A stretch of 64,000 bases of DNA from Macrostomum hystrix (taxonomy: Eukaryota > Animalia > Platyhelminthes). The number at the start of each line of letters is the position of its first letter. The stretch's first letter is position 1. Location of the stretch: assembly GCA_950097015.1 (NCBI GenBank), contig CATNEN010000007.1:9548001-9612000 (forward strand), in the 5' to 3' direction. The position numbers and the translations under genes were made by a program. The notes under the pieces were generated by a model. That model worked only from the letters and a program-made list of their open reading frames with translations, searched no databases and was not told the DNA's origin. Shown one piece after another: positions 1-12,703 of this stretch.

Positions 1-295
1 AATGCTTGGTTCACAGTGTGTGAATGCTTGGTTCACAGTGTGTGAATGCTTGGTTCACAGTGTGTGAATGCTTGGTTCACAGTGTGTGAATGCTTGGTTC
101 ACAGTGTGTGAATGCTTGGTTCACAGTGTGTGAATGCTTGGTTCACAGTGTGTGAATGCTTGGTTCACAGTGTGTGAATGCTTGGTTCACAGTGTGTGAA
201 TGCTTGGTTCACAGTGTGTGAATGCTTGGTTCACAGTGTGTGAATGCTTGGTTCACAGTGTGTGAATGCTTGGTTCACAGTGTGTGAATGCTTGG
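1..295. repeat. Minisatellite, 22-bp unit (aatgcttggttcacagtgtgtg), ~13 copies, truncated by window start; probably intronic in the DOCK gene
   Basis: Near-perfect tandem copies read directly from the sequence. Confidence 0.97.
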
Positions 296-540
296 TGTTA
301 GAGGCGAGGGCATAACTTTCTCAGCATTTATTGAGATCAGAGAGCTTGTGTCCCAGCGGGTTGGTTTAGCTAATTGCAGGAAATCCTTTCATCATAGACA
401 AATCTATATTTTTTGTGTATCTAACAGCGCCAGGTAATTATCCCAGGTGCGCTCAATTGCTGCATTGGCCCAGCTCTTTAACTATCTTTTTTTTCGCTCG
501 CCCACGCGTTTTATTGTTTCCCCATCCCCACCTACTGCAG

Positions 541-3500
541 AGGTCCTGGTGTCCTGGCTGAGCAGTCTGTCGCCCAATGACCGGCTAGACTTCTTGGAAA
601 TTCTTGAGTAAGCGGGTGACTCGACTGAGTTCTTGTTTACCTGTTCTTGTTTTGGTACACCGAGCTCATTCTGTGTTTGTTATGGTTAAACGCTTTCAGA
701 ATCGCACTGGATAACTTTCGCTACGATGGCAAGACAAAGGCGAAGACTTTCGAGTGAGTTCTCCTAGGAGCAGACTCTTGCGGCACTATTTGAGCTAGCT
801 CGCTGCTCCATTCTCAAAAATTGTATTGTCTCATTCTCATCCTACTCTAAACACATATTACATCGTAATTCCATCACCCATCCTCATTCCATATTCCATT
901 CAAATCCCATTCACCTCGGCAGGAGCATCTCGTCCAGCGGCGCGCTGTTCAGCAAGGACCGCCGACAGGGCATCCGTGGATTTCGGGCTTCCAAACACCT
1001 GGATGAAACTGACGGTGAGCTGCATGCTGAAATGCCCGACTGCTTTATCAAGGATGCACTTAAACGAAATTAAGTTTGCAATACCTTCGTTTACTATAAA
1101 TATGAAAAATCCCGCATCCCCTATCCCGCATCCCGCATCGCAAATCCCGCATTCCAAATCCCGCATCCCGCATCGCAAATCCCGCATTCCAAATCCCGCA
1201 TCCCGTATCGCAAATCCCGCATTCCAAATCCCGCATCCCGCATCGCAAATCCCGCATTCCAAATCCCGCATCCCGCATCCCAAATCCCGCATCCCGCATC
1301 GCAAATCCCGCATTCCAAATCCCGCATCCCGTATCGCAAATCCCGCATTCCAAATCCCGCATCCCGCATCCCAAATCCCGCATTCCAAATCCCACATCCC
1401 GCATTCCGAATCCCGCATCCCGCACCTCGAATTCGAAGTATTTCATCGGAAGTCTTCTCAATACTGAATTCCCTCGCCGCAGCTGCCGGCGAGCGCAAGG
1501 CCGCGGATTCCCGATGGGTCGCCGAGGGTCACGTGAGCGCCCAGGCGGGACTGGCGGCCCTGCACGCCGTGTGTGTGTTCTGGCAGCACTTCCACCGCGA
1601 CCTGCTCTCTGGAAGCAGCGAAGCTCCAGCTTTTAGGCGTGTTGTTAACGCCTACTTGCAGCTGCTGGACCTTCGTCAGTCCGAGCCGCTGCTCCGACAC
1701 GCCTTCGCCTCGCTTCGCCTGTTCGTGTCCCGCTTCGCCTCCGTCCTATTCGCGCCCGGCTCCCCCAGCGCTTGCGTCCGCCAGCTCTGCGCCTGCGTCC
1801 TGCGCTGCGGTGAGTCTCGCCAGGCCGGGGTGCGCCAGCTGTCTGCTGGCCTCCTTTTCCTCATGGCCAGGCAGAACCAGGCCGTCACCGGCTGCGTCGG
1901 CCGCCTGCACTCGCAGGCCATGGTCGCTCTGGCCGGCCAGGCGGAGCGGCTCAGCGCCAGTCCGTCGCGACTGCGCCGCTTCGAGGCCTGCCTCCGGCTG
2001 CTGCGACGTCTAGCCGACGGTGGAGGTGGCGGCAGCGGCGACCTCGGCCGCCTCTGTGACTCACTGCTGGCCGTGCTGCGCACGACGGCGGCGTTCGCGC
2101 TGCATCGCGGCAATCCGGAGATGTGCGTGGACCTGCACTGGCGCCTGGCCGACTCCTACAGCCACACTCCCAGCCTGCGCCTCACCTACCTCAGGAACAT
2201 GGCCGAAAGGCACGCGGCCTCCGGGCACCTCAGCGAGGCCGCGTTCTGCGTATTGCACCAGGCGGCGCTCACCGCCGAGGTGCTGCGGGTTCGCGGTGAG
2301 CATCGAAAGTGGGATTGGGGATGTCAGAGTAGGGATTCCCCAGCTGGGATGGGATGTCAGAGTAGGGGGTATCCAGCTGGGATTGGGGATGTCAGAGTAG
2401 ATCCGTTATTGGATATGTTTTTCCAACTATTTTGTATAATTCTGGGATCAAATTTTTTCTGTTTCCCATTCACCAGGCGAGCACCCCAACGGCTACGAAG
2501 CTTTCGCCGGCCTCTCGCCGAACATAGAGCAGTTCGAGAAGCGCTTCGACAACGACTTGCCGCAGGAGGAGCGCGACGGCTGCAGCCCGGAGGGCCTTGC
2601 CGACCTCATCCAGCAGGCCGCGGACCTCCTGGCCAGGGCCGAGCGCTACGAGCTGGTGGCGCCTTGCCTGCGCCCGGCGTTGGCCTTCCATGAGGCGCGG
2701 CGCGACTACGCGCGCCAGGCCGCCCTGTACGAGCAGTGCGCCGCCGCCTGCAAGGCCGTTGGCGACACGCGCGGCAAGCGCTTCCTGGAATCCTTCTACC
2801 GCGTCGGCCTCTACGGAGACCTGTTCGAGGAGACGCAGGTGTTTGTTTACAAGGAGCCGGGCCTCACCCGCCTGGCCGAGCTGGCCGAGCGGCTGCGGAA
2901 CATATACGAGACCCGCTACGGCGCCGACAAGGTCACTATGCTCACGGACAGCGGGGAGGTGAGAGGCTGAGCACGGCTTTGTTGAGAAGTGCCAGATGGA
3001 AATGGTCTCTGCTTTTTAACATAACAAACTATGGGGAACTTAAGATGAGGTCTGCGGGTTTCGTGATTTTGGAGTTTGAATTTGTGAGCATCGAGTTGGG
3101 ATTTGTGTTTTTCGGCTTGGGATTTGTGAGTTTCGAGTTTGGATTTGTTTTTTTCGGGTTGGGATTTGGGAGTTTTAAATTAGGATTTGTGTTTTTCGGG
3201 TTGGAATTTGTAAGTTTCGAGTTGGGATTTTTTAGGTTCGAATTGGGATTTTCGAGTTCACTGCGATTGGTTAGCTGTTAGCTGCTCAGTTGGCTAAAGC
3301 CGCACAATGTGCATTGGTTATTGTACTCGCAAAGGTGGGAGGCAGGTAGCAGAGAGAGTGATAAACGGCCGCCAACCCCACTCACCCGTGAGGCCTAGAT
3401 TGACTAGATATTTTGCAGCCCCTTTAATTACTGGAACCAGCCGGTGGGCAGCCAGCTGCGAGCCTGTTGTTTTCAACAGTTTCTTTTTCGTCAATCGCGT

Positions 3501-6082
3501 AGTCGATATTCGAATGACTGAACGATAATTTTGCACACCCGATTCGACATTAACCCGTTGCCTCATTTATTTCGCTTTTCTTTTTAATCAAGGCTGAAAA
3601 TTTTAATTGCTCAATTGGGCCTTGGCGCTGTACCTGCTGCGAGCTGTGTGAGCAATTTTCTCATCTCTCATGATAATTCTGGCATTTCAGCTGCGTGCAC
3701 CTGGCACTCACATCTTTTCCGCCTAACTCTAATCCCATTTTTAATTGCATCTTCAATCCATTCTTGCAGTTTATGCCTTGTTGACTGTTCCAAGGGACAA
3801 GTGCTGCCGCATTTGTTAGTGGATTACTCTAAGTAGTATTGCGGAGAGGAGAGTGAGCAGATGGGTCGGGAGAGTGAAGAGAAACGTGGGGAAAGTGGGG
3901 AGAAGAGATGGTAGAAGAGAGGGGGATGGGGAGAAGAGATGGTAGAAGAGAGGGGGATGGGGAGAAGAGATGGTAGAAGAGAGGGGATGGAGAGAAGAGA
4001 GGGGAGATGCGCAGAAGAGTGAGGAGAAGAAAGGGGAGAAGTGAGGGAATAGTGGGGGAAAAGGGATCGGAGAGTGAGAGAAAGGAGCCGCAGAACCACC
4101 TGCGGTTCCTGGAGGTGCGCATGTGATGAATGAAATTCGCGGTCCTTCTCCGCCCAGGTGGACGCAAGCAAGCTGGAGGCGGGCCGGGCCTACGTGCAGA
4201 TCACCTTCGTGCAGGCCGAGACCAGCGAGGACGGCAGCTCGCGCCAGTTTGTCCTGGAGACGCCGTTCACGCGCAGTGGCGATCGGCACGGCAGCGTAGA
4301 GGACCAGTGGCGCCGGCGCACCCGCCTCACCGTCGAGGCCGCCTTCCCCACGGTGGTTAAGCGGCTGCGGGTGGTCCGTGTGGAGCACGAGGACCTCAGC
4401 CCGCTGGCTGTGGCCGTACTGGAGCTGCGCGCTGCCGCAGTCAAAATCCGTTCGGCTGCGGAGGCCGAGCCGCCCGACATGAAGCGGCTGCAGATGGTGC
4501 TGCAGGGCTGCCTGGCTACGCAGGTGAGCGGCCGCTGGAGCTGCGATTTTCATCCGACTCTGCTTGAGGGACTTTTTTAGATTTCGGAGTCTCTGATCTC
4601 AGAAGTGACTGCATGATTTAGGGCTGATTGATTTCTTAGTTTGGAGTGACAGATTCATAACTAAGGTGTGACTTTTCTTTGTTGTGAGTGACAGGTGCAT
4701 CAGTTGTGAGTGACAGGTGCATCAGTTGTGAGTGACAGGTGCATCAGTTGTGAGTGACAGGTGCATCAGTTGTGAGTGACAGGTTCATCAGTTGTGAGTG
4801 ACAGGTTCATCATCGTGAGTGCCAGGTGCATCAGCGTGAGTGACTGGTGCATCAGTTGTGAGTGCCAGGTTCATCATCGTGAGTGCCAGGTGCATCAGCG
4901 TGAGTGACAGGTGCATCAGTTGTGAGTGCTAGGTGCATCAGCGTGAGTGACAGGTGCATCAGTTGTGAGTGACAGGTTCATCATCGTGAGTGACAGGTGC
5001 ATCAGCGTGAGTGACAGGTGCATCAGTTGTGAGTGACAAATTCATCAGCGTGAGTGACAGGTGCATCAGTTGTGAGTGACAGGTGCATCAGCATGAGTGA
5101 CAGGTGCATCAGTTGTGAGTGCCAGGTTCATCAGCGTGAGTGACAGGTGCATCAGCGTGAGTGACAGGTGCATCAGTTGTGAGTGAAGGTTCATCATCGT
5201 GAGTGCCAGGTTCATCAACGTGAGTGACAGGTGCATCAGTTGTGAGTGACAGGTGCATCAGTTGTGAGTGACAGGTGCATCAGTTGTGAGTGCCAAGTTC
5301 ATCAGCGTGAGTGACAGGTGCATCAGTTGTGAGTGACAAATTCATCAGCGTGAGTGACAGGTGCATCAGTTGTGAGTGACAGGTTCATCATCGTGAGTGA
5401 CAGGTGCATCAGCGTGAGTGACAGGTGCATCAGTTGTGAGTGACAGATTCATCAGCGTGAGTGACAGGTGCATCAGTTGTGAGTGACAGATTCATCAGCG
5501 GGAGTGACAGGTGCATCAGTTGTGAGTGACAGGTTCATCAGCGTGAGTGACAGGTGCATCAGTTGTGAGTGACAGATTCATCAGCGGGAGTGACAGGTGC
5601 ATCAGTTGTGAGTGACAGGTTCATCAGCGTGAGTGACAGGTGCATCAGTTGTGAGTGCCAGGTTCATCAGCGTGAGTGACAGGTGCATCAGTTGTGAGTG
5701 CCAGGTTCATCATCGTGAGTGACAGGTTCATCAGTTGTGAGTGCCAGGTTCATCAGCGTGTGTGACAGGTGCAGCGGCCCTCCCGCAGGTGCACGCCGGC
5801 CCCATGGCCTACGCTCACGCCTTCCTGGCGCCGAATCGGCGAATCGCCTACACGGGCGACCGGCGGCTGCAGGAGCTGGAGCACGAGTTCACGGAGCTGC
5901 TGAGGGCCTGCAAGCTGGGCCTGCGAGTGAACAAGGCGCTGGTTCGCTCCGACCAGATGGAGTACCACCAGTGCCTGGTCAGCGGCTATGAGAAGCTGCG
6001 CGACCAGCTGCTGCTGAGGGACCCCGGCGACGACTGTCTGTCACTCAGCAGCCAGCTCAGCCAGCTGGACTCGCAGGCCTGA
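541..6082 (+). CDS. Dedicator of cytokinesis (DOCK-C/D, DOCK6-11-like) Rho-GEF, 3' part including DHR-2; 5' exons lie outside the window
   Basis: GT-AG exons in compatible phase: 541-607, 700-753, 923-1014, 1483-2295, 2477-2958, 4158-4523, 5789-6082. Motifs LADSYSHTPSLRLTYLRNMAERH, AERYEL, FYRVGLYG..FVYKEP, AYVQITFV, FVLETPFTRSG, LQMVLQG..QVHAGPMAYAHAF. Confidence 0.93.
1108..1425. repeat. Intronic compound repeat built from 7-bp units (atcccgc/attccaa/atcgcaa)
   Basis: Tandem 7-mer variants inside DOCK intron 1015-1482; explains the overlapping spurious ORFs. Confidence 0.9.
3055..3258. repeat. Degenerate intronic tandem repeat (gggatttgtg...ttcgagtt)
   Basis: Imperfect ~21-bp periodicity in DOCK intron. 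Confidence 0.7.
3843..4085. repeat. Purine-rich (GA) low-complexity tract with ~32-bp tandem copies
   Basis: ggggagaagagatggtagaagagag repeated three times within DOCK intron. Confidence 0.75.
4681..5772. repeat. Intronic minisatellite, 21/22-bp unit (gtgagtgacaggtgcatcagtt), ~50 copies
   Basis: Tandem array fills most of the last DOCK intron (4524-5788). Confidence 0.97.
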
Positions 6083-7839
6083 GAAGTTCCGCTTGCAAAT
6101 GCAGAGTCAATATTCAAATTTTCCAATAGGCTCGCAATGTTTTAGCAAACGGAACTGCTACGGAACTGCTACCTGTCACTCGTACTAGCGCCGTTGACTT
6201 TTATTTTTATATTCTAGCCTAGCAGCAACTAGTTCGGCTAATAAGATGACGAGGCATTAAAAAATCTCACTAAGAATATAGTTACTCCTGCCAATTTATT
6301 TTTTAGTATGAACTGATATGCTTGGTAAGTTCCTGCTGCCAAACAAATAGGTTGCTCATCTAAGAAGGCGCCGAGGAATCTGTTTATTTAAACGAAGGCA
6401 TAGTTACTCCGCCCTAGTAGAAGCTTTAAAAGGCGCTGCCACCGTCACTAACCAAAGCCAGCGATGGTCCCCAGAATTTTTTCTGCTCCCCAAGCCGACA
6501 AATATCCCAGTCAAGTTTTTTAAATTCCTTTTTTATGAAAGCTCATTTTCTACCAGCTTCAGCATAATTTTAATGGATGATATATTTGAAACTGTACTAA
6601 CCAGCTCACTATTGTTATGATTATTTGGCAATATGATGCGTCACTTTGTCATGTACTTTTGGCGAGAAACGAACTGCCCAACCCCCAATAGACTTTTGTT
6701 TACCAAAGAGCCAATTCTTATTTCACCATATTTGTTCAGCTTGAGCACTGTGCTCAAACTCCAGCATGCCTGCTCACGACCTGATTTTCAGTACAATCAT
6801 TTACTTCTATCTGCGTAACCGCGTGATTCCAGTGGAGCCTTCTCAGTACCGCATGTACTGCTTACATACCATCTGATCTGCACTCCACAGTTTGCTGTGC
6901 ACTGCACACTGTGCAGCCGACTGTAGCTGATGAGTTTGCTGTGCACTGCACACTGTGCAGCAGCTACTCAGCTGCTTGTGAGAGTTGTGAGCCAGCAGGC
7001 AGTCAGAAATAGTTTTTCTATCAACCGCCGAGTAGGGCCCGCGGCCCCAGTTGCCAGTTTATTTTTTCCGCTCTGCCATTTCGCCCTGTGATTTTCTGTT
7101 CGCCCCAGGCCTGCCCGCTGCTGTGAAATTCCGCCGCATTAAAGAGGCCGTATCGGTGCTAAGTCCCAATATCCGTAATGCTGATGACGCGCGCACATTC
7201 AGTATACATTAGTATATTATATATCTATATATATGCAAGGCGCTCCTGATATTCATTATTTAAAGCGAACACCTGACAAAAAACCTTCGCAGTCTTTGCT
7301 AAATTTCGGAAATGAATATTTTTTCTTAGAATTCCGCGCTGAGCTCTGGCGCGTAATTTGGCACGCCTTGGGTCTTCTGAAGTCAATCAGCCCGTGACCT
7401 GCTCGGCAGCCCGTGAGCCCCGGGGGCAGGAGGGGGCTATTCCTGGCTGCGGAAACACACCGAGGTCTCCCAGCTTTGGCAGCCGACCTGCGGCTGACTG
7501 AGATTTAAGCAAATCTTTCGAAATTTGAAAAGCTGTGAAAAATTGGCCGCTGCAACTGATGGTCTCCGAAGAGCTGGACCGGATTATTCCCAGGCGCTGG
7601 CTAATCCGCTTGCTGGGATTGCCCCAATGAGCTGATAGTTGCTGACCTGCCGTAATGGCCAGCCATTTTGTGCAGTTAATTGCTAATCACCGGGAAGGCT
7701 CTCCTCTTGCACTCGGAGAGAACTCGGCCGGCGTGAAATCTGAGCACACTGAGCAGTAGACTGTTTAAAGTAAGCATTTGCTGCAGTAAATCACTGCCAA
7801 ATTGCTGATTTGTGCAGCAAACTCTGATGAAGCAGAAGG

Positions 7840-8185
7840 GGTTTGGCTAAGTGGCTTGTCAGGGTGCGTTCGAAATGGTTTTACTGCGTTTCCCCGTGTT
7901 GGCACTGGCACGTCATTTGGTGGCACGGGACCTGCAGCCACCGGGTAGGCACTTCTGCCCATTCTGCTGACTCACACTCACTCATTAGTAGGATCTACAC
8001 CTGCCTTTCCGATCGTCGGGCAATGTACACTTCAACTGTGCCTCTATGGCGTGAATTGCCCAACAAGCCTCAAGCCTTCTTTTCGCGGCTGTGCCCCAAA
8101 TGAATGTGGCCTCGCCGCGGAATCGAGCTCAGTGACCTTGGTACGAGAGGCAAACGCGTTTAGACCGCTCTGCCACTCACCCCCT
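7840..8185 (-). mobile_element. tRNA-derived SINE (family A), diverged copy
   Basis: Reverse complement begins ggtgagtggcagagcggt...ctgagctcgattccgcggcgaggccac, matching the copies at 21827 and 63843; A/B-box-like motifs. Confidence 0.75.
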
Positions 8186-8242
8186 CAAAATGCTTCCTTT
8201 TCTAGATTAACTAACGTCTCTCATTGACAATAACAACAACAA

Positions 8243-8641
8243 GCGAAACGTGCCTCGCAACTCGACAAATGCTCTGCCCAGTTAGACTGCCCAGAGAACG
8301 CTAGGCTCAAAACCATCTATATTGACACCATCACGAAGGTGCAGTACGACGCGGAGCCGCGCGGGTTCTGTTGGCGCAGCTCCGGACCGGACAATGCAAA
8401 AAGACCGACTACTGGCGCGAAAAGGTGAAGCTGGAGCACAGATCTGGAGCCCAGGGCGAAGATTTGGAAGGACCACTGGTCCGCCTGCCCGAGATCGGAC
8501 GCCGTCAATGAAATTGAGAGCCTCAGAGATGAGCGGAAGGTGGAGCAGTTCCTGCGGCGGTGCCATCCCGAGTGACTCCGATGCTAGGAACGCTATCTTC
8601 GAAGATACACACACACACAACAGCAGCAACAACAACAGCAA
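8243..8641 (+). mobile_element. Decayed 3'-end fragment of an I-group LINE with (CA)n(CAA)n tail
   Basis: Frameshifted translations VLLAQLRTGQCKKTDYWREKVKL, DHWSACPR and IESLRDERKVEQFLRRCHP parallel the C-terminus of the downstream LINE; ends gaagatacacacacacacaacagc. Confidence 0.8.
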
Positions 8642-11185
8642 AGGAAAGGAAAGGAAACCATGAAGCGAGGACGGATGAGGAAAAGGCGGCTGTGTTCGTG
8701 AAAATTTACGCAGGAAGCAGCAAGGTCAAGATTGAGAAAGAGGACAGGAAGCTCCGAGCCCAGGTGGCGAAAGGACTCCGTGAGTACAATGAAGCTGCTG
8801 ACTTCGGGGTGCCGTTCGTCATGGAAGAGCTCACGGACGCGCTAGAGCAAATGGCCTCGGATAAAAAGGGCGGAGTCGATGACATTGAGGTGTGTTTTCT
8901 AAAAAATCTGCCGGACCGGTGTTTGGAAAGATGGCTCAATTTATTCAATAGAAGCTGGGAGGAGCATCTCTGCCCCGGTTCGTGGAAGAAGGCAGAGATA
9001 ATCCCGCTTTTGAAATCCGGAAAAGATCCGAAGAAACGGGAGTCGTACCGCCCAATCAGCCTCACATCGGCCTGTGCGAAGCTGATGGAGCGCATGGTGA
9101 CGAACCGCCTCTATTTCTGGATGGAAGAGAACAAGATCATTAAGAGCTGGCAGGCGGGCTTTCAGAGAGGCCGCAGCACCGAGGAACAAGTTTTTCGGCT
9201 TGTCCAGGACATCCAAGACGGATGGGAGGCGAAAAAGCCCCTCAAGACCATCGCCATAACCCTGGACTGCTCTAAAGCGTACGAGAGAGTCTGGAGAGTC
9301 AAACTGATCAACAGGATGATGGAGGAAAGAGCTCCGGCGCACCTGGTTAAATGGTTTGCCAGCTTTCTTGAGGGTCGTCAGGCAAGAGTTAGAGTCGGAG
9401 ACGGTCGCAGTAAATGGAGGAGGTTCCAGGAGGGCCTCCCCCAGGGAGCGGTGAGCTCGCCGGCCCTGTTCCTTCTGTATGCCAACGGCTGGAAGGACCT
9501 CGTGGAAGAAGGCGTGGAATATGGAGGATTCGCTGACGATCTAGCTATCTGGACGTCGGATCAGACCGCTGAAGGCGCCCGTGACCGCATGCAGCGAGCG
9601 CTCAACAAGATCGAGCGCTGGGCTCGCGACCTTAAGATCGAACTAAGTCCTCAAAAGTGCGAAGCATGCGTTTTTAGCAGAGCGCCGAAGGATAAGGCCT
9701 TAGACATCGGCCTGAGCATCGCGGGCCACCCCATCGCCACGGTCAGGAAGCTGAAATACCTTGGTATCACCATCGATGGAGGTCTGACATTCACCGAGCA
9801 TACCGACCAGGTGGTCCAAAAGATAAAGCGCAGAGCGCGAGCGATCCCGGTCCTGGCGAATACCAGCTGGGGGTGGAGGACGGCAGATCTGCTGCTGGTG
9901 TACAAGAGCATCGTGGAAAGCTGTGTCTGGTATGGAGCACCGGCGTGGCTCCCCTGGCTGTCTAGCTCAAATTTTGATAGGCTCGAACGGACCCAAAGGG
10001 ATTGTCTCAGAGCGGCGGCTGGACTGGTGCGCTCCACGACGATCGAGGCGGTGTACCTGGAGACCGGAGTCGAACCTATCAGGGATCAAGCCAGGAGGAG
10101 AGCGCTGATCGCGTGGTAAAAAGCCTGTCGAGCCCCTGTGGGCGACCCGCTTAGGAGCTGCAGTGAAAAACATGTTACAAGGCGCCTCGCCGCGAATAAA
10201 GGCTGGAGGGAACAGGCCAGAGGAGCTTGCCTGGAATGGTCTCAACATCCTCGTGAAGGTTATATCCGGAAGAGACATCCGCCCTGGAAAAGGTTGCAGA
10301 GAGACGGAGTTGTGATCTCCACGGAGCTGATCAGAGGTGGTAAGAAGGGGGATGAAAACCTCTTGTAAGAAGCAGAAGCTACCATCGAGGCTTGCGGTGT
10401 CTTCGAAATGCGGCTGTTCACTGACGGTTCAGTGGGCGAGGGGCAGCAAAATGGAGGAGCGGCGTGTGTGGCCTTCACGGATAACGCCAGAGAAGTCCGT
10501 AGAGCGGCGGCGGGTAAGTTCTGCAGTTCGCTGGTGGCGGAAGAAGTGGCGTTGGTTTTAGCGCTGTATATTATCGAGGAAAAAAAGCCCCGCAGTGCTC
10601 TTATCTGCACGGACAGCAAGTCCGCGCTGCTTAAACTCAGAGGCGAAAAGACGCCCCTGTCGGCCAGAATGTATAACACCATCGGGAGGCTGCGGATCCC
10701 GAGTCATATCGGTATCCAAGGTAACGAAGAGGCTGACCAGGAGGCAAAGGCGGCTGGAGGGATGTGCCAGGACCACACGGCCATGGACTGGAGTTGCGTC
10801 AAGAGGCAGATTCTCAAGAGAGGTGTCAGCTCGACCTGTGAAGACAAGAGACTGGAGGCCGTGTTTGGTGAAAAGAGGATTCTGTGCTCTTTAAACCGTA
10901 AAACAGAGGTGTTGATGGCTCAACTGTGTTGTGGGCACTGCAAGCATACCATCTATTGGAGGCAGAAGGTGGGCCTGGACCCAGCCGGAAATTGCTCTTT
11001 TTGCGACGAAGAAGAATCGAAAGACCACTGGATGACGTGTAGTAGATGGGACTCTATCATGATTCGGTGTGGAGTGGAAGGAATAAGATCGCTTCAAGAC
11101 GAGCCCAAGGTTTTAAAATTCCTTCAGCTGGCCCACCCACGGTGGCTCAGCTAAATGGTTTCCTGGCCGAAGACACACACACAAC
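8642..11185 (+). mobile_element. 5'-truncated non-LTR retrotransposon (I-group) with RT, RNase H and C-terminal Cys/His motif; pseudogenised
   Basis: ORFs 8560-10119, 10138-10368 and 10408-11154 are one frame split by two TAA stops. RT motifs YRPISLTS, QAGFQRGRST, GLPQGAVSSP, FADD, KYLG; RNase H motifs LFTDGS, ICTDSKS, PSHIGIQGNEEAD; no endonuclease domain present. Confidence 0.93.
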
Positions 11186-11981
11186 AACAGCAACAACAAC
11201 AGCAACTACAACAACAGCAACTACAACAGCAGCAACAACAACAGCAACTACAACAACAGCAACTACAACAACAGCAACTACAACAGCAACTACAACAACA
11301 GCAACTACAACAACAGCAACTACAACAACAGCAACTACAACAACAGCAACTACAACAACAGCAACTACAACAACAGCAACTACAACAACAGCAACTACAA
11401 CAACAGCAACTACAACAACAGCAACTACAACAACAGCAACTACAACAGCAACTACAACAACAGCAACTACAACAGCAACTACAACAGCAACTACAACAAC
11501 AGCAACTACAACAGCAACTACAACAACAGCAACTACAACAACAGCAACTACAACAACAGCAACTACAACAACAGCAACTACAACAACAGCAACTACAACA
11601 GCAGCAACAACAACAGCAACTACAACAACAGCAACTACAACAACAGCAACTACAACAGCAGCAACAACAACAGCAACTACAACAGCAGCAACAACAACAG
11701 CAACTACAACAACAGCAACAACAACAGCAACTACAACAACAGCAACTACAACAACAGCAACTACAACAGCAACTACAACAACAGCAACTACAACAACAGC
11801 AACTACAACAACAGCAACTACAACAACAGCAACTACAACAGCAGCAACAACAACAGCAACTACAACAACAGCAACTACAACAGCAACTACAACAACAGCA
11901 ACTACAACAGCAACTACAACAACAGCAACAACAACAGCAACTACAACAACAGCAACTACAACAACAGCAACTACAACAACA
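11172..11981. repeat. Expanded LINE tail: (CAA)n-derived microsatellite with 15-bp higher-order unit caacaacagcaacta
   Basis: About 810 bp of CAA/CAG/CTA triplets directly after the LINE stop codon. Confidence 0.95.
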
Positions 11982-12703
11982 GGCACGCAACCCCAAACTC
12001 GCAAACGTGGCAGTCCGGGGCGGCGTCAAATGGCGCGTCGCGGAGCCAGCGACCGAACCGAATCCGACCCGTTGGCGGTGTCGAGCGCCTGGCGTCGCTC
12101 AAAATGCAGTCCACCTATCTCAGAGTCCTTATTGGGTCTGAGTCTGTTATTGAGTTCAGATATTAAGCCAGGTATCTGAGATGCGAGAATGTGTCGAATG
12201 TGTGCTCATGTCGATGACCAAATAGATCCAGATGATCCAAGATGAACGTTACTGTCAAACGTTCGTAGAAACGGCAAGAAATTTCACATTTAAAGAAGAG
12301 TCAAACCAAGTAAGCTATGAAATAGAGTTATGATGCAGCAGCTGCTGCTGTCAGTGCCACATCTTGGTATTTCCCATTCGAGTTCTGCTGCCGCCTCACG
12401 CGCGGTTCGACTTGCTGACCGGCCTGGACGGGAAATGATCGACAGTTGGATAATTCGCCCGCCGAGAGATTAACTTCCGTCGTGTGGAAATGCGTAAGCA
12501 TCGAGGCTTCCCAATGAGCCCATTCGCGCAGGTTTGTAGCCTTCACACCTGCTCATTTCCCATCTCATTTTCCTGCCTCCTGACTTCATTGGGCAGGGGC
12601 GCCTCCCTGCGCCTCGGGTATTTGAAGGCTTGCGGCTTTGCCAGTCCTCACCCACCCCTCCGCCCGCTCTCACTCGGAACTGTCAGCCGCTCCCGCTGCT
12701 CCA

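Noticed and set aside
1-295. CRISPR-like appearance of the tandem arrays here and elsewhere
   Set aside because: No unique spacers, no cas genes, eukaryotic context
826-1498. Repetitive ORFs (SRIPH.., MRDAG..)
   Set aside because: Artefacts of an intronic 7-mer repeat within the DOCK gene
10117-10368. Programmed readthrough of the two in-frame TAA stops in the LINE
   Set aside because: The element is 5'-truncated and has an RNase H deletion, so simple decay is more parsimonious
11046-12179. Poly-Q, poly-T, poly-V and poly-C ORFs
   Set aside because: Translations of the CAA-based LINE tail in different frames; no start context or splice support
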